Shown in pieces: positions 37,707 through 49,014 of a stretch of DNA of 64,000 nucleotides. The notes beneath the pieces are model-generated. The model made no database searches and was not told the DNA's origin. It saw only the letters and a program-made list of their open reading frames with translations. The position numbers were made by a program, and so were the translations under genes. Every line of letters starts with the position of its first letter. Position 1 is the stretch's first letter. Source of the DNA: Felis catus (Eukaryota); the NCBI RefSeq assembly GCF_018350175.1, contig NC_058369.1, forward strand, positions 56,172,001-56,236,000, given 5' to 3'.

Positions 37707-38030
37707 AGGATCCTCGAGGTTGGGATCATGTGAAGCTAAGGTTCTCTTTTGTCCCCCACCAAAATGTCATCCTCGGGGCAGCTGAGCTCCCACAGGGAGG
37801 CCACTCTGCCTGTTTCAAGGACTTGTCAACGGGCTGTAGGCAGTAAGGGGATTTCTTTTCCACTGGCCTTACTTTCCACACATCACCATGGCAAGCACTT
37901 AAACCCCTTTCCTTTCTTCTTGGGTAGCCAGGACTGTCTGGGGTTATCAAACATATTCCAACCAGGGGGGCGGGAGGGGTGCAGTACCCGCCTGTATTTT
38001 GCCCTCAGCCTACCTTATGCTCCGTCATCA
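37707..38030 (-). mobile_element. 5' LTR of the ERV, truncated (U3 portion only)
   Basis: Aligns with 31927-32241. The remaining ~390 bp of LTR is absent, and AGGATCCTCG is duplicated at the breakpoint. Confidence 0.85.
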
Positions 38031-38582
38031 CAGGGCACACCATCATGGTAAGGCCCTCCCGTTTTGCCGACTCCCACAGCCACAGTCCTTCCCCAAACCA
38101 GGAGGTACAACAGGTCAGTGGCAGGACAAAAGACTGCTCTTCAAAGAGAAGCCGAGGCCCGAAGGGCACCAGGAGACAGAGCACAAGGAAAAAATGCCAG
38201 ACGGTCTCCCAGCCAGCCTAGAGTCCAGGATCCCCAAAGGGAGCCCAGCCCCCTAGCGGAGCCCTGGAGCCTTCTCCTCCAGCTCCAGTTCAGCCCCGCC
38301 CCGCGCCCCCCCCCCCCCCCCGCCACTGGAGCTCGGGCACATCATCCGGCAGCAACACCCCCAGCACTAAGCTGAGCCCCAGAGGGAACCGACGGGGCCC
38401 AGCCTCTGTCATGGGGAACAAGGTCCACTGCCAGTGAATACTGGGAGCCATGGACAATGACCCCAGGATCCCGATTTGGCAACACGAGCCAAAAGGGACC
38501 GGTACGAAGGTTATTCAGATTCTTAGTAACAGCGTTTTGCTATGTGACACCTAAAAAAGGGAATAAAATCATACCCCTTTGA
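38031..38582 (+). pseudogene. MARK-like post-UBA/C-terminal tail fragment (copy A continued after the ERV)
   Basis: GHTIMVRPSRFADSHSHSPSP continues the segment cut at 31536. It ends RRLFRFLVTAFCYVTPKKGNKIIPL*; frameshifts and stops present. Confidence 0.6.
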
Positions 38583-39349
38583 CCTTAATAAATATCATCA
38601 AATAACACCATTTGAAACCTACACTGAAGGAAGACAGGAAGCTGCACCGAAGGAAGCAGCTGAGCCACAGTCCATGTCTTCATTTTGTTCTTTCACTTTA
38701 CCTGGGTTTCATTGTATTTGATTATTCTTTTTATCTGTTTATATTGGTTTAATCCATGCCCATTGTAGTTTACAAAGTGAAAAGACAAGTACCTTTGTAT
38801 GCAATATACAGACACAGCGTCGCACAGTGGGGCCCAGGGGCGGGGCAGAGGAGACCACTTTCCCTGGGAACAGAAGTTCTAATGCCAGGAATGGATTTGG
38901 GTAGAAGGCTGGGCAGCCAGCCATGCCAGCCCCTGCTTAGGTCAATTCCCATTTCCTGGGTCTCCCCTCTCCCCGCAACTCCTAAAAAAGAGCCCCAGAG
39001 ATAACACCAAGGACGGGATCCTATCCCATTGGGCGAGTGCCCACGTCAAGAGAAGAAATATACACCCCTGAGCACGTAGCACGTGGGAAGGGATACCGTT
39101 TCAAAAACTTAAATAAATATTTACTTAGAGAGGGGCAGTGCTAGTGGGGGAGGGACAGAGGGAGAATCCCAAGTCTACTCTGTGCTATCAGCTCGGAGCC
39201 CGATGCGGGGCTCCAGCTCACAAAACTCTGAGATGGCGACCTGAGCAAGACCAAGAGTGGGACGCTTGAGCCACTGAGGCCCACCCAGGTGCCCCGTCCC
39301 TGCGTTTTAAGTGCAGGGAACGATGCTGAGCTCCAGGAAGCCCGGGGAC

Positions 39350-40119
39350 ATGGCACAGGAGATTGGCCAGGGCGACGGGTGGGACCAGATCCAGAACAGC
39401 TTCCCAGGCTGGAGGAGTGTCGGCGGGATAGTGACCTGCTGGATTTGGAGTTGTAGGAAGCACAAGGTGGAGGGCCACACCATCATGGTGAGGCCCTTCC
39501 TTTTTGCTGACTCCAGGAGCCACAGCCCTTCCCCAATCCAAGTTCCAGCCATCTGGGGCGGGGGGGTGGGGGTCTTCTGGGAGGCGCCAGGACAAATACC
39601 GAGCGGGGAATGCACCTATGTTCTAGTATTTGCGACCCTCAAATGAGAAAACCTTTGGAGGAAATTGATGAGCGTCCACCCAAGCAAGAGAGCAGAGTTC
39701 AAAGCCGTTATGAAGGACCGATGGGAAAATATAGGGCAGGAGGAAGGACTCAGTCCTTATGTGGAGCCAGGCCATGACACCGAGGACCCCCCCGGCTGCC
39801 TCAGGTAATGACAGAGCAGAAGGCAAAACGTCCAGGCAGTCTCCCACCAGCCTAGAGCCCAGCCCTCTCCTGGAGCCTCATTCCAGCCTTCTGCAGCTCC
39901 AGCATATTCTCAAAGCGGAGCCTTTTGACTTCTGTAGGAACCAGCATCATGAGAACCATTAGCCCGGCCAGGTGTGACCCATTCACCACAGACGCAGACA
40001 CGCACGGCGAATGCTGGGAGCCAGGGAGCACGTCCCTAGAGCCAGAAAACCGCTGTGTAGAAACTGCATACAGATTGAAAAAAAAGAGTTTTCCAAACAA
40101 TAAAATAAAACCCAAATGA
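39350..40119 (+). pseudogene. Scrambled MARK-like fragments: UBA region, then kinase subdomains X-XI plus linker, then tail
   Basis: WDQIQNSF..IVTCWIWS..GHTIMVRPF, then from 39572 VFWEAPGQIPSG..K*ENLWRKLMSVHPSKRAEFKAVMKDRWENIGQEEGLSPYVEP with an internal TGA at 39644. The tail GTSIMRTISPARC..SLEPENR..NKIKPK* is paralogous to the end of the 318-aa ORF. Confidence 0.75.
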
Positions 40120-40970
40120 GAGAGCCAAGGCTCCGTGCCTCCATTTTATTTTGTTTTGTTTTGTTTCATTTTCGAAGTTTAAAGCAACTTCCATAAATAC
40201 TTGTTTGAAAGAGAGGGACAGTGCGAGTGCTGGAGGGGCAGAGAGAGAACCCAAGCAGCCTCTGTGCTATCAGCTCAGAGCCCGATGTGGGGCTCCAACT
40301 CACAAAACCGTGAGATCACGACCTGAGCAAAAGCACGTGTGGGATGCCGAGGGACGGAGGCCCACCCAGGTTCCCCGTCCCTGCATTTTAAGTGCAGCGA
40401 AAGATGCTGAGCTCCAGGAAGCCCCGGGACAGGTGCAGGACACTGGCCAGGAGTCGGACCCAAACCCACGCGGGTGTGTGTGATGCAACGTGGGTGCACC
40501 GTGTGGACACAGTGGCCCGGGCAAGCAGATACGGTCCTGTGGACAACGGGAATGTGCACACCCCTCAGAGTTCTCTGCAGTGGATTCCCATCAAGAGGGT
40601 ATCTCGTGTCCGCGGCCTACAAGAGGAGAGGCCACCCGAGCTGCGGGTCTGTCCTTCTGTCCCCAGCTGGGTGAAGCTTTAGAGACTGGGCTGCTTTTCC
40701 TGAGGCATCTCTCTCCTCCCCTGCTCTTGTGTTTTTTGTATGGGGAGGAGGGAGGCCGTTATTCCAGATCTTGTAATGAAGTCGATGCCGCAGAAAGGTG
40801 TATCACAGATACTCTGTTTGCATCCTCGCCGCACAGAATTGGGGCCGTGCATGTCCCGGTCGGAGGAGTGTGGAGTGATGTAGTCCTAGGGAATTCACCA
40901 GAACAACTAAATGGAAAAATCACCTAAGGGACTTGTTGTGGGAGTATTGCAGGGCAGAAATGCAGACTGT

Positions 40971-41191
40971 GGAGGCGCCTGGGTGGCTCAGTCGGTGAGT
41001 GGCCGACTTCGGCTCAGGTCACGATCTTGCAGTTCCTGGGTCCGAGTTCCTCGTCGGGCCCTGCACTGACGGCTCGGAGCCCGGAGCCTGCTTCAGATCC
41101 TGTGTCTCCCTCTCTCTCTGCCCCTCCCCAGCTCTCACTCTGTCTCTGTCTCTCTCAAAAATAAAGAAATGTTAAAACAAATTTTTTTTTT
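40971..41191 (+). mobile_element. CanSINE (first of a tandem pair)
   Basis: Standard body; flanked by cagaaatgcagactgt and cagaaatgtagagattgt. Confidence 0.95.
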
Positions 41192-41210
41192 ACAGAAATG
41201 TAGAGATTGT

Positions 41211-41439
41211 GGGGCGCCTGGGTGGCTCAGTTGTTTAAGTGTCCCAATTTAGCTCAGGTCGTGACCTTGCAGTTTGTGGGTTCGAGCCCCGCCTCAGGCT
41301 CTGTGCTGACAGCTCGGACCCTGGAGCCTGCTTCGGATTCTGTCTCTCCCCCTCTCTCTGCCCCTCCCATGCTCATGCTCTGTCTCTCTCTGTCTCTCAA
41401 AAATAAATAAACATTAAAAAAATTTAAAAAAAAGAAAAC
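41211..41439 (+). mobile_element. CanSINE (second of a tandem pair)
   Basis: Perfect TSD aatgtagagattgt at 41197 and 41440. Confidence 0.95.
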
Positions 41440-43419
41440 AATGTAGAGATTGTATCCTACCTTCCTACACTAACATTGCCCCACATTTTCAGAAGCGCCA
41501 AGGGGAACATTTAGGTCCCGTGGCCTATGTTGCTTATGACCAAGACTTCACAACAGGGTAACAAAGTCCTGAGAACCAGCCTGTGTGGGAGTGGAAATGG
41601 CGTGGGGGTGGGCCCCCAAAGTAGCTTAGGGGTCCCAAACGTTGCAGCTGAGTCTCCACTGTAATGCAGGAGTCTAGCTTTTCCATGTCCCACATGGGGA
41701 GGGATCCCCCCCCCACCACAGGAACCTGGAGGGTTCGCACACCAAAGGAAGCTGTGCACATACAGGACAGAGGTGGGGGGAGGCAGGCAGGGGTGGGCAT
41801 TTGGAGCAGCACCCCTTATTTCCAGGACCACGCCCACTAGTGCATTTTGCTCTGCATCCCCAAACTTGAATGTCCCCTAGCTCAGGGCCTGGGAAGCAGT
41901 CTGCTGGGAGCATGGGATGCTCCACCAATGAGACTTTCTCCTGTGAGCTCAGGGCCCCTGGCTGCCTCTGGTCTCCTTAGTCCAAGCGGGTTCTCGGGGA
42001 CAGTCTTCATGTTCTAAAGAGTGGGGACCAACGTGACGACTTCCGCGACACAAGACACCTTTGGCTGCAGGTGCACAGTGGGCTCTGGGTGGGGAGCTTC
42101 AGAGACAGTCATCGCGTCCCTCAGCGATTTGACACCCCTGGTGGGTTCTCACCTGCTTCCTGAATTATGAAATTACTTCATGCAGCTTGTGTGATGAACA
42201 GTCTCTCGTAAAACATGAACTCAGGGTAGAGAGCGGTCAGTGCCGAGAGAGGACATTAAAGGGGATGTGGCAGACGTGTCCATGTGGCTCCCGGTGGCAT
42301 TATCCACTACTTGGAGTAACCAGACACCGGACTCTGAACTGCGCATGTGGCCGCCCAAGACCCTAGGGTTCCCGGCATCCTCTGCGGCAGGGCCGGTTGA
42401 GTGACCACACTCTCCCCCCTGGATGGGACGGGAAGCGATTTGTCCTTCTGGGATGTCTCCTAGCAGAGAACCAGGCCCTTTGTGCTTCTCTCCCTATCCT
42501 GCTGCTGGGAACGCAAACTCCCACCCTGGCCCCAGGGCGGCTCCTCTGGGATGACAGGGCTTTGGGGAGAGGAGCTTCCTGGGGCAGCCCTGCCAGGCCA
42601 GCCCTGGACCGTCTGCCTGTAGACCGAGCCGGAGAGAGATGCAGACTCATGCGGGGCACCTCCGTGACAGCAGCTGAACCTTGTCGTAACCAGGACAGCA
42701 GTCTTGGGGCAGATTTTCCGTGTGCTTCCTTTGGGCCAGGCTGCTCCCAGAACCACAGCCCTCCGAAATTCTCAGCCCTTCCTTCCGTGGGGTGAACGGC
42801 CAAGCTCGGCTCTAGCCCTCTCCTCTCCAGGGGCTTCCCTGGAAATGCAAGAGGCTCCACACTCCCAACGTAAGGAGTCCACCTCGTATCTTCAGGGACT
42901 TCATCCTCTTCCCTCCCACACCGTGCATTCCCACCCTCCGCCAGAGAGGTAGCTGGCTTTGAAATAGGCTGTGCTGACTCTCGCCCCGCTAATAGCTGCG
43001 GATTCTAATTAAATAACTCCGGGAACAGGCCGTCTCGCGCACGGTGTAACTTGATTATTGCTCGAAAGATGAGTTTGGAGCTGACAAGTTCCCTGCGAAG
43101 CTGACAAGCTTAAAAGCTGAATTTGACAAACCGACCAAACAGCAATTGCGCACGGTAGGAAGGTGGAGCCCGGGACTTGGGGACGACTGGGCCTGAGCTC
43201 TCAGTCTGGGGAGACAGATACCGAGGACTTCGCAGGTGCCTGGTCTGCTCAGGGTCATTTCCTATACGCCCTCCGCTCTTACGGAACCTGCCATTTTATG
43301 GGGGGAAGGACTTCTAATAACATTAACTTTGCTGAAGATGTCATGACAACGTATACAGTCCATTTGTTTGTTACTCTTAATTGTCTGCAAAGGGTCTGGT
43401 AGTGCTGCTTTAAAATAAA

Positions 43420-43870
43420 GTGTATCTAGAGAAAATCTGAGGTTCAGTAAGGCCTACAGATCAGGAGACGATGCCTTTGAGAAGAGTTTGTTACTCACGG
43501 TTCCCAGGAGGAAGGGGCACGCCACACCGTGCAGGGCCACGTGAAGAAACCCCAGGAGGAGGGACAATTGTGACAGGCGCCTTACTTGTGGTTTCTGCAG
43601 GAGGGAACAAGCAAGGCAGGTGACACGCTTAGGATTGGGTAGTGTGGATAATTTCAGGACCCTGGGGCCTGGGTGGGGCCTGTCCCGAATGATCTGGTAC
43701 CTGGCCCGGGGGTGATTACGCCAGGTAGACAGTGGCCCGGAGTCGGAGAGTCTGACAGCCTGAAAGGAGGTGGGGGGGTGTGGGCTCTGCGTTGGTCGTT
43801 TCTATTTGGCGAGTGGGCCCCTAGAAGGAGGATTCTTCCTGGGGGCGGGAGGGGGTGGTGACAGGCCAGA
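43420..43870. mobile_element. ERVL-class LTR relic (MER76-like)
   Basis: tttgttactcacggttcccaggaggaaggggcacgccacaccgtgcagggccac motif; family name uncertain. Confidence 0.45.
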
Positions 43871-46800
43871 GAGGTCAAGTCAAAGTGACTCGGCACGCGA
43901 CCTGTCAGGCAGACAGACGCACACACACCGGCCTCATCTTACATGTCACCTTCTCGGAGGAACCATCCCCGCCTACCCAACCCCCAGTCACAGCGCCCCC
44001 CACCCCTAGTCTCCCTTGCCATTACCAACTTCATCCCTTCGGGCCATTCAGGGCTCCACCCCTGCTCAAGCACCCAGGCACAGCTCCCCCATCCGGAGGA
44101 AGAGTCCTCATGCACAAGGGCACCAGGTCCTGTGCAATCTCTTCTCCCGTGATTGTTCCCCCACGCCCCAGCCGTGGCTGGCCCCCAGCCTCCTCCAGCC
44201 CCACCCTGGCACTTCTGAGCCTCCTGACTCCTGCCTTTCCTCTGCCGCGCATGCCCCTTCTAACACAGTGTGCTCACTGTCTGCCCTCCACAGTGTCTTT
44301 GCCTCAGGAGCAGGGCACAGAGGCATCTGGGGGTTGTTGTTTGTTTGTTTGTTTTGTCTCATTCATTGCTTTGTCTACGCCTAGGTCGGTGCCAGGCACA
44401 CGTAGGGGGTCAATAAAGGGTGAATAAACAGCCCTCAGCACTACCCAGGACATTCTGGTTTGTGGTCTACAACATTCACTCACCCGGGGCACATTCACTG
44501 AGGCCCTCGCATGCCGGGCTGGTTCCAGACACCAGGGCACAGTGGTGGCTCAAGCCAGCAGGGGTCTCCATTCTCATGTAGCCAACGGTCTAGTGGGAGA
44601 GACGGGAAAAAAAAAAAATGACGTGTACGCGAAATCAGGTGGCGGTGTATAGAGTGGAGAAAAATAAAATCAGGAAGGATGTTGGACGCAGTTCCTAAAG
44701 GTGTTTCGGGAGCAAGTGATGCACTGGGCAGAGTTCCAGGTTGCGAGAAGAGCAAGTGCAAAGGCCCTGAGGCCGCAGCGGGATGCCCGTGTCTTAATTA
44801 TTAGTGTGGAATCTTAGCTTTGTCTCGAGTCTGTATTTTGTGCATTCGGTACTCCTTGGTTTCACCTTTCTAGCTAATTAGCCCGAGTCTGCGTTATCAA
44901 TCTGTTGAACTCAGCCAACCCCCAGGGGGCAGGTACAAGTACACGTGGGGATACTGAGGCCACCCTGGGGGATGTTGCTAGGAATGATGAGCAGTGTCCC
45001 GGAGCAGAGGACAGAGCAGGGCTCCCGTGCAGCCGGCTCAGGCTAGGTGTGGCAGGGAGAGGGCCATAGGGACAGGTGTGTGGCAGTTATCACACTACAG
45101 CCCTCCCACTCAGGGTGCCTCGCGTTTCCACCCGGGCCTGGGCTGGCTGCTCCTCCTTGCTCTCTGTTGGATGGGCACCCATTTGTTCATTCGTTCATTC
45201 GTTCATTCACTTACTCATCATCATGTGTTCCCATTGCTTCCCTGTGGCCAGATGATGGCTCATCCTGGGAGACCCTCCTCCTCGAAGCCCTTCTTGATTC
45301 CCACCGCCTTCCACAGCCCCCTCTGGCCTCACCGAGACCCCCTCCGGCACAGGGCTGTGATCACCCTGGTTCCTCTCCAGTCCGTGAGCTCTCTAAGGGC
45401 TCTGGGCCAGATGCAGAAACGGGCTGAGAAAAATGTGACGGTAGATAGAATACTGAATAGACACAGGCCACCTGTGGGTCAAGCCCACCTCCTCCCTCTC
45501 TCTAGGACCAGAAGGGCTCCATCATTAATAGGAGCCGAGGGACCTTCTCTTACTTCCGTGCTCATTTACACCATTAACAGTCTGGGTTTTTTTTTCCAAC
45601 TTTAATTTATTTTAAACTTTGAGGACATGTCAGGATGGTACCTCTCGGTAATGAGAAACTAATTATCACTTCAAGGGCGGGAATCCATCTGTTGTGTCTG
45701 AGCCAAGACAGGACAGTGTGGAAGCTCAGGATGCTGAGGAGACGGCTAGGGGGCCGGGCCTCGGGGCAGGAGACAGATGGAGACGTGGAGACAGGGCTGC
45801 CAGGACGTGGGTGAAGCCGGGAGGAGGGGGGAATCTGGGGGCTTCCACACATGGGGGCGAGTGCACCCAGCGTCACCTTCTGTCCCACCCCGCTGCTCCT
45901 GCCTTAGCATGCGAGCCCTGTCGCCCCCATTGCATCCCACCCCTGGGCCTTTGCACAAGCTGGGTCCTCAGCACCTAGCAAAGCCCCTCCCCCTTCAGGA
46001 CTCTGCTCTTCCGACCCTGCCTGCCCACTGCCCACGCCCCACCCTGACACACTCACCCCATCTATACTCAAATCACCTGATTGTAACTGCCTGATGACCA
46101 GTCTCCTGGGGACATGGTCTGCTTTTTGAGGGGCAGCTTTATAGACTGGCAGACCGAGGTTCTAACCCCTATTAGTGTGCATGACCTCGGGCAAGCCCCT
46201 TGTCTCCCTGCAAGTGGGCCTGGCCACAGCCACCTCACAGGATGCTGTGCTATACATGAGCACATGTGCCATACATGAGCTATACATGCCAGAACTGGAG
46301 CGTTGGGCCGGGCGTCTGCTGCTGTGTGCCCTCAGTGTTGACCTTGGGACCACAGACACCCGCTGGCTGGGGTCTGCAAATGCCTGATGGAGGGCCGTAT
46401 GAGGGACTGTTAGGGTGGATCTTGGGAAGTCAGAAGCCGTGGCATACCTTGGGGACACTTCCCAGAGCCCTTGTTCCCAATGCCTGGCCCACCTCCTCCC
46501 CTTCTCAGCTGCCTCTGCAGGGCCGGCCTTGAGGGCTACCTTCTCAGCCCATTGAGACCCCTGGCCAGGGACTGGGGCAGGCTGACATGGCTGTGGCTCA
46601 TGCCCAGATGAGGAGGTGAAGCTCCATGAGGCAGCAGGGAGGACAGCAAACTCAGATGACTCCAGGGGCCGAGTCTGGAGAGGCAGGGGGAGCTTAGGGA
46701 GCAGTGGGGACTGTGGAGGTCTGGGGACACAAGCTCTGTCCACAGGATGGCTCCAGCTCAGCCCCAGAAGAGAGCGGCCCGGAAGGAATGTCCCCCAAGC

Positions 46801-47826
46801 GTCTGGATCTTCTTTTTTTGTTTATATTTATTTTCTTGACTTTATATGCAAGTTAGCGTATAGTGCAACAATATAGATTCCTTAATGCCCCTTACACATT
46901 TAGCCCATCCCCCCTCCCACAACCCCTCTAGTAACCCTCTGTTTGTTCTCCAGGTGTAAGAGTCTCTTATGTTTTGTCTCTCTCCCTGTATTTATATTAT
47001 TTTTGCTTCCCTTCCCTCTGTTTTGTATCTGAAAGTCCTCATAGGAGTGAAGTTATAGGAATTTGTCTTTCTCTGACTGACTAACTTCACTTAGCATAAT
47101 ACCCTCTAGTTCCATCCACGTAGTTGCAAATGGCAAGATTTCATTCTTTTTGATTGCCGAGTAAGACTCCATTGTATCTATATACCACATCTTTATCCAT
47201 TCATCCAGAGATGGACATTTGGGCTCTTTCCGTACATTGGCTATTGTCGACAGTGCTGCTGTAAACATCGACGTGCATGTGTCCCTTCAGAACAGCATAC
47301 CTGTATCCCTTGGATAAATATCTAGTAGTGCAATGGCTGGGTCATAGGGTAGTTCTATTTTTAATTTTTTGAGGAACCTCCATACTGTTTTCCAGAGTGG
47401 CTGCACCAACTTGCATTGCCACCAACAATGCAAAAGAGATCCTCTTTCTCTGCATCCTCGCCAACATCTGTCATTGCCTGAGTTGTTAAGGTTAGCCATT
47501 CTGACAGGTATGAGGTATTCTCTCATTGTGGTTTTGATTTGTATTCCCCTGATGATAAGTGACGTTGAGCATTTTTCCATGTGTCGGTTGGCCATCTGGA
47601 TGTCTTCTTTGGAGAAGTGTCTATTCATGTCTTTTGCCCATTTCTTCACTGGATTGTTTGATTTTTGGGTGTTGAGTTGGATAAGTTCTTTATAGGTTTT
47701 GGATACTAACCCTTTATCTGATATGTCATTTGCAAATATCTTCTCGCATTCTGTTGGTTGCCTTTAAGTCTTGCCGATTGTTTCTTTGGCTGTGCAAAAT
47801 TTTCCTTTTGATGAGGCCCCAGTAGT

Positions 47827-49014
47827 TCATTTTTGCTTTTTGTTTCCTTGCCTCCGGAGACGTGCTGAGTAAGAAGTTGCTGTGGCCAAGATCAAAGAGA
47901 TTTTGCCTGCTTGCTCCTGGAGGATTTTGATGGCTTCCTGTCTTATGTTTAGGTCTTTCATCCATTTTGAGTTTAGTTTTGTGTATGGTGTAAGAAAGTG
48001 GTCCAGGTTCATTTTTCTGCATGTCGCTGTCCAGTTTTCCCAGCACCAATTGATGAAGGGACCGTCTTTGTTCCATTGGGTATTCTTTCCTGCTTTGTCA
48101 AAGATTAGTTGGCCATATATTTGTGGGTCCATTTCTGGGTTCTCTATTGTGTTCCATTGATCTGAGGGTCTATTTTTGTGCCAGTACCATACTGTCTTGA
48201 TGATTACAGCTTTGTAATACAGTTTGAAGTCTGGGATTGTGATGCCTCCCGCTTTGGTTTTCTTTTTCAAGAGTGCTTTGGCTCTTCGGGGTCTTTTGTG
48301 GTTCCATACAAATTTTAAGATTCTTTGTTCTAGCTCTAGGAAGAATGCTGGTGTTATTTTGATAGGGATTGCATTGACTATGTAGATTGCTTTGGATAGC
48401 ATTGACATTTTAGCAATATTTATTCTTCCTATCAAGGACCATGGAATATTTTTCCATTTCTTTGTGTCTTCTTCAAATTCTTTCATAAGCTTTCTATAGT
48501 TTTCAGTGTGTAGATTTTTCACCTCTTTGGTTAGAATTATCCCTAGGTGTTTCATGGTTTTTGGTGCAGTTGTAAATGGGATCGATTCCTTGATTTCTCT
48601 TTCTGTTGCTTCATTGTTGGTGTATAGGAATGCAACTGATTTCTGTGCATTCATTTTATATCCTGTGACTTTGCTGAACTCATGGGTCAGTTCTAGCAGT
48701 TTTTTGATGGAATCTTTTGCATTTTCCATATAGAGTATCATGTCATCTGCAAAGAGTGAAAGTTTGACCTCCTCCTGGCTGATTTGGATACCTTTTATTT
48801 CTTTGTGTGGTCTGATTGCTGAGACTAAGACTCTCAATACTATGTTGAATAACAATGGTGAGAGTGCACATCCCTGCCGTGTTCCTGACCTTAGGGGGAA
48901 AGCTCTCAGTGTTTCCCCATTGAGGATGATATTAGCATTGGGTCTTTCATATATGGCTTTTATGATCTCAAGGTGTGATCCTTCTATCCCTACTCTCTTG
49001 ACGGTTTTTATCAA
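47827..49014 (-). pseudogene. L1 ORF2 reverse transcriptase fragment
   Basis: 395-aa ORF with FADDMILY and GTRQGC.LSP, frameshifted on both sides. Confidence 0.95.

Larger units (their letters stand above)
31537..38030 (-). mobile_element. Non-autonomous ERV1 (gamma-like) provirus, decayed
   Basis: Two LTR copies (31537-32241 and partial ~37707-38030) both start TGATGA on the minus strand. A PPT abuts the 3' LTR, gag/IN/env remnants lie between, and there is a 4-bp TSD (gagg/cagg). The empty site is in the paralogous unit at ~39470. Confidence 0.9.
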
